Virus record (IMG/VR): IMGVR_UViG_3300008807_000074
Location: 1-5,182 of that record
DNA length: 5,182 bases
DNA from: a virus
Direction: 5' to 3' (one strand)
Part shown: piece by piece, positions 1 to 3,643 of the stretch
Numbering within the stretch: position 1 is the first letter of the stretch
Layout: the number at the start of each line of letters is the position of its first letter
Made by a program: the position numbers and the translations under genes
The notes under the pieces: model-generated
Database searches by the model: none
The model's input: the letters and a program-made list of their open reading frames with translations, nothing else
Told to the model about the DNA's origin: nothing

Positions 1-99
1 CGGCAAAACCTCATCAACATAGAACGGAATGAGATAGCCCGAATCAAAAGTAAGAAGATGACGCTGTTCAGCGGTAAATTTACTGCGCGGGATACGCGC
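1..99. repeat. Terminal direct repeat, copy 1 (identical to 5084..5182); overlap from a circular genome assembly
   Basis: Base-by-base comparison: cggcaaaacctcatcaacatagaacggaatgagatagcccgaatcaaaagtaagaagatgacgctgttcagcggtaaatttactgcgcgggatacgcgc occurs at 1..99 and again at 5084..5182, running to the window end. Offset is 5083 nt. Confidence 0.97.
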
Positions 100-150
100 A
101 TCGGGAATCATAGCAAAGTGAGAGACATTGGCAGAACGGTTGCGAAACAT
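1..150 (-). CDS. VP1: Major capsid protein VP1, N-terminal 50 codons with the true start (ATG 150..148)
   Basis: The reverse complement of 1..150 translates to MFRNRSANVSHFAMIPDARIPRSKFTAEQRHLLTFDSGYLIPFYVDEVLP and joins in frame to GDNHNL… at 5083. The RS-F … G-Y-L-I-P … V-L-P-G-D pattern is the conserved N-terminus of Microviridae capsid proteins. The SD AGGAG (160..156) sits 5 nt upstream within TAGGAGTTTTTATG. Confidence 0.92.
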   Translation of the reverse strand, partial: MFRNRSANVSHFAMIPDARIPRSKFTAEQRHLLTFDSGYLIPFYVDEVLP

Positions 151-158
151 AAAAACTC

Positions 159-467
159 CTATTTTGGATCATATTCGACGTGAATGTGATCAGACTCCAA
201 AACCACGTCAAAATCAGAGCCCAAGTAGCCTTTGATAACGTTGATTATTTCAGGAAGTCGCGCAGGTGGAATATTGCGAATGCGCAAATCAGCGGCGCGG
301 CCAGAATAATGAAGAGAGCCATCTGAATGAGCTCCGTCACAAACTGAAGTGAGAGTAAGTCCATAACCAAAAACCCTTTGGAATACATCGTGGATGGTAA
401 CCAGCCCCAGCACGAGCTGGGGCTGGATTTTTGAAATGTCTACGCCCTGTTTGAGAGCAAGAACCAT
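159..467 (-). CDS. Small zinc metallopeptidase of the LAS / peptidase M15 (D-Ala-D-Ala carboxypeptidase, VanY/phage endolysin-like) fold; putative peptidoglycan hydrolase (endolysin)
   Basis: ATG at 467..465, stop TAG at 161..159, 102 aa. It contains S-L-H-YSGRAA-D (H-x6-D) and D-H-I-H-V-E (H-x-H), the zinc-ligand signature of LAS/M15 peptidases. An SD-like AAGGGG lies about 5-6 nt upstream. There is no obvious N-terminal signal peptide (MVLALKQGVDISKIQ…). Its stop codon overlaps the VP1 SD. Confidence 0.8.
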   Translation of the reverse strand: MVLALKQGVDISKIQPQLVLGLVTIHDVFQRVFGYGLTLTSVCDGAHSDGSLHYSGRAADLRIRNIPPARLPEIINVIKGYLGSDFDVVLESDHIHVEYDPK

Positions 468-559
468 TACTGCCCCTTCTTCTTATGAGCGACGAGAAGG
501 AGGCCGATTGCGTTGAGGATGGTCATAATGCCATCCCAATTATCGACAAGAAACGACAT
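467..559 (-). CDS. 30-aa single-pass membrane peptide (candidate holin-like / membrane-lesion partner of the peptidase); not in the supplied ORF track as a separate ORF
   Basis: ATG at 559..557 is preceded by a strong SD (TAGGAGGGGACTCATG: GGAGG, about 6-nt spacer). My own translation is MSFLVDNWDGIMTILNAIGLLLVAHKKKGQ*. It has an acidic N-terminus, a roughly 17-residue hydrophobic core and a KKK C-terminus. Stop TAA (469..467) overlaps the peptidase ATG (467..465) as TAATG. The segment lies downstream of the VP5-like stop (572..570), so it is not overprinted on another gene. Confidence 0.6.
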   Translation of the reverse strand: MSFLVDNWDGIMTILNAIGLLLVAHKKKGQ

Positions 560-569
560 GAGTCCCCTC

Positions 570-884
570 CTACGCTGCGAATTGAGGCTGGACGGGAGCA
601 AGCTCTTTGAGCGAAGCAGCTTGAGCAACAAGCTTCGGGACATCGTAAGCAGTAACAATACCCGTGCGATGATCATACGAGCCTACCTCATACAGTGCGA
701 AATCGTTGGAATGAGTATTGAACATGTTGCCTTCGCGCGGAGTGTTCACCTCAACGGTAAAACCACGAATAGCCTCATTGGCATTGCGCTGAACAAAGGG
801 GGTATTAAAAGTGTCCCCTACTGCATCACGTACAACATAAAGAAAGTGTGTAGGGACATTAGAATTACTGGATTTATTAAACAT
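570..884 (-). CDS. Conserved gokushovirus small non-structural protein occupying the VP5 (ORF5) position; function unknown
   Basis: ATG at 884..882 with SD AGGAGA (CAGGAGACCTTATG). Stop is TAG at 572..570, 104 aa. The pattern Y-V-V-R-D…F-N-T-P-F…N-E-A-I-R-G-F…D-F-A-L-Y-E-V-G-S-Y-D…T-G resembles a small protein I recall downstream of VP4 in many gokushovirus genomes. Synteny (after VP4, before VP1) agrees. Confidence 0.75.
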   Translation of the reverse strand: MFNKSSNSNVPTHFLYVVRDAVGDTFNTPFVQRNANEAIRGFTVEVNTPREGNMFNTHSNDFALYEVGSYDHRTGIVTAYDVPKLVAQAASLKELAPVQPQFAA

Positions 885-953
885 AAGGTCTCCTGTTTTG
901 TTGAGTTAAAACAACAGGTTAACCATAGTACATATTATGCGACAATCGCCATT

Positions 954-1946
954 TCACAGTAACTTACGGCGTAGGCGCTCTAAAGATGCAATAGCAACCT
1001 GTTCCTTAGACTTCAACCTAAGTGGAGTATTGTCGTCAACAGAAAGTTGCGCTTTTTCCATCCGTTTGTCTTTTATTTCTACGAGAGCATCAGAAAGTGT
1101 GACATCTTCGTAACTAATGATAGCGCCATTTGAAAGCGTTACGGGAACGGAAAACACAGTAGATTCAGAGCGTTCTAGCAGTTTATCATAGTAACGAGGC
1201 ACAGAAACGGGCTTTCCATTAACAATGACATTATCATGGGGAAAGACACTGGCCTTGTATTTTTCAAACCACGAGGCCCCTATTCCCGGCTTCAGGGACA
1301 TTTTATTGAACTCTGGCTGGCGCCAGAAACGATCACCGGTGGATGGATCAACATATTCATAGTGAGTATCAGCTGCATCACCTGTCATTTTTTTCATGAC
1401 ATAACGTGCGACATAAGCAGCAGACTCATAAGTAAGTTCACCGACCGAAGAGAAACCAAAAGGCCATAATTGTTCGAGTATTTTTGAACGATAAATAGCA
1501 GCACCAGAAGGAGTGCGACCATGGTAATCACGATCGGGAAAGTTAAGACCAAAGATACATGCGTGGAAATGAGGTCTACCAAACTGCTCACCATACTCAC
1601 CTGCCATATAGAAACGAATTGTTAAATCAGGAAAGCGCTTACGCAAGCGCTTCATAAATTTTTGAAATTCCTCATAGCGCAGATCAGAGCCTGAATGATG
1701 ACGATTATCGAGCCAAGAGAAGGATGCGAAAGTCAGTGTAATGAAGCAATTATCTTCATGCATTTGAGCTTCATGCATAATGCGAGTTGCCCACTTACGG
1801 GATCGAGTTAGGCGACACCCTACACAACGACCACAAGGAAGTTTTAAGTCAGGATGAATTGAATCACAGACCTTTGCATTATAAGTAAGAACTAGCTTTT
1901 TTTCGGACGGATGACGCCAAGCATCGAGAGGATGGTAGCAGACCAT
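954..1946 (-). CDS. VP4: Replication initiation protein VP4 (HUH rolling-circle endonuclease, Microviridae Rep)
   Basis: 330 aa, ATG at 1946..1944, stop TAA at 956..954. It has the N-terminal MVCYHPLDAW and C-G-R-C-V-G-C-R cysteine cluster. RCR motif 1 is FITLTF, motif 2 (HUH) is RPHFHACIF, and motif 3 is YVARYVMKK with two tyrosines spaced Y-x-x-x-Y. This is the canonical Microviridae Rep layout. Confidence 0.93.
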   Translation of the reverse strand: MVCYHPLDAWRHPSEKKLVLTYNAKVCDSIHPDLKLPCGRCVGCRLTRSRKWATRIMHEAQMHEDNCFITLTFASFSWLDNRHHSGSDLRYEEFQKFMKRLRKRFPDLTIRFYMAGEYGEQFGRPHFHACIFGLNFPDRDYHGRTPSGAAIYRSKILEQLWPFGFSSVGELTYESAAYVARYVMKKMTGDAADTHYEYVDPSTGDRFWRQPEFNKMSLKPGIGASWFEKYKASVFPHDNVIVNGKPVSVPRYYDKLLERSESTVFSVPVTLSNGAIISYEDVTLSDALVEIKDKRMEKAQLSVDDNTPLRLKSKEQVAIASLERLRRKLL

Positions 1947-2041
1947 AATGATTTACCCGAATAAGACGGGAAGTTACCCCCAACCGCCCGCCTGCTATTT
2001 GGGAAGCGCGAGCGGATTGGGGATAACTCCCCTGCACTGTG

Positions 2042-2164
2042 CTAGAGACGAATACCACCACGAACACCGTAGTGAAGATTGACCATTTTTGTACGTGCAG
2101 CATGACGATTGAATTGATGAGTCGAGCTGCGACGATCTACTTTGTGACGAGAAAGAGGCTTCAT
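2042..2164 (-). CDS. 40-aa highly basic DNA-binding/packaging peptide (phiX174 J / gokushovirus VP8-ORF8 analogue); below the length cut-off of the ORF track
   Basis: My own translation is MKPLSRHKVDRRSSTHQFNRHAARTKMVNLHYGVRGGIRL* (ATG 2164..2162, TAG 2044..2042). It has about 10 Arg/Lys plus 5 His in 40 aa and a C-terminal RGGIRL, as I recall from small basic gokushovirus peptides. The translation-initiation region GGAGTTTTTATG (2173..2162) is identical to that of VP1 (159..148). Its position between VP3 and VP4 matches ORF8 of chlamydiaphages. Confidence 0.7.
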   Translation of the reverse strand: MKPLSRHKVDRRSSTHQFNRHAARTKMVNLHYGVRGGIRL

Positions 2165-2197
2165 AAAAACTCCATGTTAAAGTTGAGAGCGGTGTCA

Positions 2198-2234
2198 CCT
2201 GGCACCATTACATCAAGTAGGTAATGGTGCCAGG
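2198..2234 (-). promoter_or_regulatory. Perfect 14-bp stem / 9-nt loop hairpin; candidate viral-strand replication origin (Rep nick site in the loop)
   Basis: cctggcaccattac (2198..2211) pairs perfectly with gtaatggtgccagg (2221..2234). The loop atcaagtag (2212..2220) reads CTACTTGAT on the coding strand. The hairpin is intergenic, between the VP3 stop and the basic-peptide start. Confidence 0.5.
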
Positions 2235-2253
2235 AGGGGGCTAAGCCCCCTCC
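2233..2253 (-). promoter_or_regulatory. GC-rich 9-bp hairpin enclosing the VP3 stop codon and abutting/overlapping the 14-bp hairpin
   Basis: ggagggggc (2233..2241) pairs with gccccctcc (2245..2253). The loop is taa, or 8 bp with a 5-nt loop. The VP3 TAG is at 2243..2241. Bases 2233..2234 are shared with the neighbouring hairpin stem. Confidence 0.45.
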
Positions 2254-2801
2254 CCTCCCCCGGTTGTATCCTGCGCGGGAGACTGAATCACGACAGGCAG
2301 AGGAGTAACCACGGCGGGTTTCTCAAAAAGACCCATCTCAATAAGCTTTTCAGCATTTTTAGGGTCCATAATAAAGTCAACAAAAGCAATAGGGTTATTG
2401 CCGAATTGTGAACGAATACTTTCAGGAAGGTCAGCAAACTGCTGACGAGCTTGAACAGTAATATTCATGATCTCGTGGAACGATTGAGGCATATCAGAGA
2501 AGTCGCCTTGAACAGGCTGACGAGGATTGAGGAACATCGAAATATCCTGCCCTTTGGCATGGCGATCAATGATCCAATTAGGGTCAGACATATCAGTAAA
2601 CTCTTGACGGGTAAGCGAAGGCTCCACGTTAACAGTAGCCGTCAGGTCAGAAACGAAGGCTCCAAAGCCATCATAAGGAGTGCGGCAGAGCGGAAGCTGA
2701 ACAACATCATGTAGCTCCATATAATATTGAACGACATCAGGCGTACGATCATAAAGTTGCGCGATACGAAGGCATTCAGCAGAAAATTCAGTAGTAGACA
2801 T
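2241..2801 (-). CDS. VP3: Internal scaffolding protein VP3 (chlamydiaphage/gokushovirus scaffold family)
   Basis: The preferred start is ATG at 2801..2799 with SD AGGAG (AATAGGAGTTCTCTTATG), 13 nt after the VP2 stop. 186 aa, stop TAG at 2243..2241. The C-terminal half (GDFSDMPQSFHEIMNITVQARQQFADLPESIRSQFGNNPIAFVDFIMDPKNAEKLIEMGLF) matches the conserved VP3 scaffold motif (…F..LP..IR..F.N.P..F..F…) as I recognise it. The track's longer version (to 2933) overlaps VP2 and lacks an SD. Confidence 0.88.
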   Translation of the reverse strand: MSTTEFSAECLRIAQLYDRTPDVVQYYMELHDVVQLPLCRTPYDGFGAFVSDLTATVNVEPSLTRQEFTDMSDPNWIIDRHAKGQDISMFLNPRQPVQGDFSDMPQSFHEIMNITVQARQQFADLPESIRSQFGNNPIAFVDFIMDPKNAEKLIEMGLFEKPAVVTPLPVVIQSPAQDTTGGGEGA

Positions 2802-2814
2802 AAGAGAACTCCTA

Positions 2815-3489
2815 TTATTTAACAAATTTAACGACATTACGAACGGGAAGTTTTGCGGCTTTAGCCGCAGATACTGCAGATGCAGCAGAATGAGCAGCGC
2901 CGGAGGCCTGACCAAGGCCACCAAACAATGCATTCATTTTTTTACCGAAACCTACTGTCCAAGGATGTGATGCATTCCAATCAGCATCACTTTTTGCACC
3001 TAAAGTGTCTTGATTAATTTTAGCAGTAGAAGCGTTAGAAGTAGCGGCATCAGCCAATGCTTTGATACCAAGATTCCGATTAAGAATAATATCAGAATTA
3101 TTTTTAGCAGTTTGACTACGAATTTGATCATTTTGAGCCTGAAGATTGGCAACTTGAGCAGCATTCATTTTAGCAGCCATGGCAGTATGAACAGCAGACC
3201 CAACTGCGTTTTGCATAACGGCCTGCGCACCACTACCTGAAGATGCACCACCATTCGTATATGCAAGCATGGGATTAAGTCCAGCGGCTTTTAAATCAGC
3301 GACAGCGCGTTGATAGGCGGTACCGGTTTGATCAGCTTGAAAGGCGCGATTAGCGTCAGCCTCGGCAGAATTTGCATTATTAGTAAGGACACCACCAAGA
3401 AGATCAAGACCACCAGAGATAAGCGCGGAAGAACCGCCATCACCAAGAAGCGAAGAACCAATTTTAGCGATGCTTGAGAACAGACCCAT
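2815..3489 (-). CDS. VP2: Minor capsid / DNA pilot protein VP2
   Basis: The preferred start is ATG at 3489..3487 with SD GGAGGA (GTGGAGGATACCTATG). 224 aa, stop TAA at 2817..2815. It has a Gly/Ser/Ala-rich N-terminus (MGLFSSIAKIGSSLLG…) and the conserved AYQRAVADLKAAGLNPMLAY block typical of gokushovirus VP2. The position after VP1 agrees. Confidence 0.88.
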   Translation of the reverse strand: MGLFSSIAKIGSSLLGDGGSSALISGGLDLLGGVLTNNANSAEADANRAFQADQTGTAYQRAVADLKAAGLNPMLAYTNGGASSGSGAQAVMQNAVGSAVHTAMAAKMNAAQVANLQAQNDQIRSQTAKNNSDIILNRNLGIKALADAATSNASTAKINQDTLGAKSDADWNASHPWTVGFGKKMNALFGGLGQASGAAHSAASAVSAAKAAKLPVRNVVKFVK

Positions 3490-3586
3490 AGGTATCCTCC
3501 ACAATACGTTTTACATCACGATCAAATTGATCTTTTTTGATAAGACGAGCCTGTTGCTCGGGGGACAAATCTTTAAATTTGGACAT
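3464..3586 (-). CDS. Hypothetical 40-aa charged peptide between VP1 and VP2, overlapping the VP2 start by 26 nt
   Basis: My own translation is MSKFKDLSPEQQARLIKKDQFDRDVKRIVEDTYGSVLKHR* (ATG 3586..3584, TAA 3466..3464). An SD GGAG lies 7 nt upstream (GGAGCTATCCTATG). It fills an otherwise non-coding 154-nt VP1/VP2 spacer. I recognise no homology. Confidence 0.35.
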   Translation of the reverse strand: MSKFKDLSPEQQARLIKKDQFDRDVKRIVEDTYGSVLKHR

Positions 3587-3601
3587 AGGATAGCTCCATT
3601 T

Positions 3602-3633
3602 CCCCCATTGTTTCCCAAGAGAAACAACGGGGG
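3602..3633 (-). promoter_or_regulatory. 13-bp stem-loop 10 nt downstream of the VP1 stop (possible weak terminator, mRNA-stabilising or ssDNA structural element)
   Basis: cccccattgtttc (3602..3614) pairs with gaaacaacggggg (3621..3633) around a 6-nt loop. The single non-Watson-Crick position is A·C on the + strand but G·U(T) wobble on the - strand, so the stem is continuous only in coding-strand polarity. No U-tract follows it, so it is not a canonical intrinsic terminator. Confidence 0.45.
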
Positions 3634-3643
3634 CCATATAAGG

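Noticed and set aside
892-918. Imperfect inverted repeat cctgtt…aacagg in the VP4/VP5-like spacer, overlapping the SD of the VP5-like gene. It could be a translational operator or terminator.
   Set aside because: Only 6 contiguous base pairs, and extension needs a bulge and mismatches. That is too weak to call without covariation data.
885-953. Promoter-like hexamers on the - strand (TTGTCG … CATAAT / TACTAT) in the VP4/VP5-like spacer.
   Set aside because: The spacing between the -35-like and -10-like elements is wrong (0 or 9 nt). The best 17-nt-spaced -35 matches only 3/6. I cannot support a promoter call from sequence alone.
1879-2198. The - strand ORFs 1879..2103 (74 aa) and 1995..2198 (67 aa) in the VP3/VP4 spacer, and 1394..1600 inside VP4.
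   Set aside because: They overlap the VP4 start or the basic-peptide ORF in other frames. 1995..2198 starts at a GTG buried in the 14-bp hairpin stem with no SD. The 40-aa basic ORF, with a perfect SD and family-typical composition, explains the region better.
2802-2933. N-terminal extension of VP3 to ATG 2933 as given in the track, and likewise the TTG 3504 extension of VP2 and the TTG 5089 start of VP1.
   Set aside because: The VP3 extension overlaps the VP2 C-terminus by 119 nt, encodes Leu-rich filler and has no SD. The internal ATG 2801 sits 13 nt after the VP2 stop behind AGGAG. VP2 ATG 3489 has GGAGGA at the right spacing. The VP1 frame stays open upstream of 5089 to the real ATG at 150.
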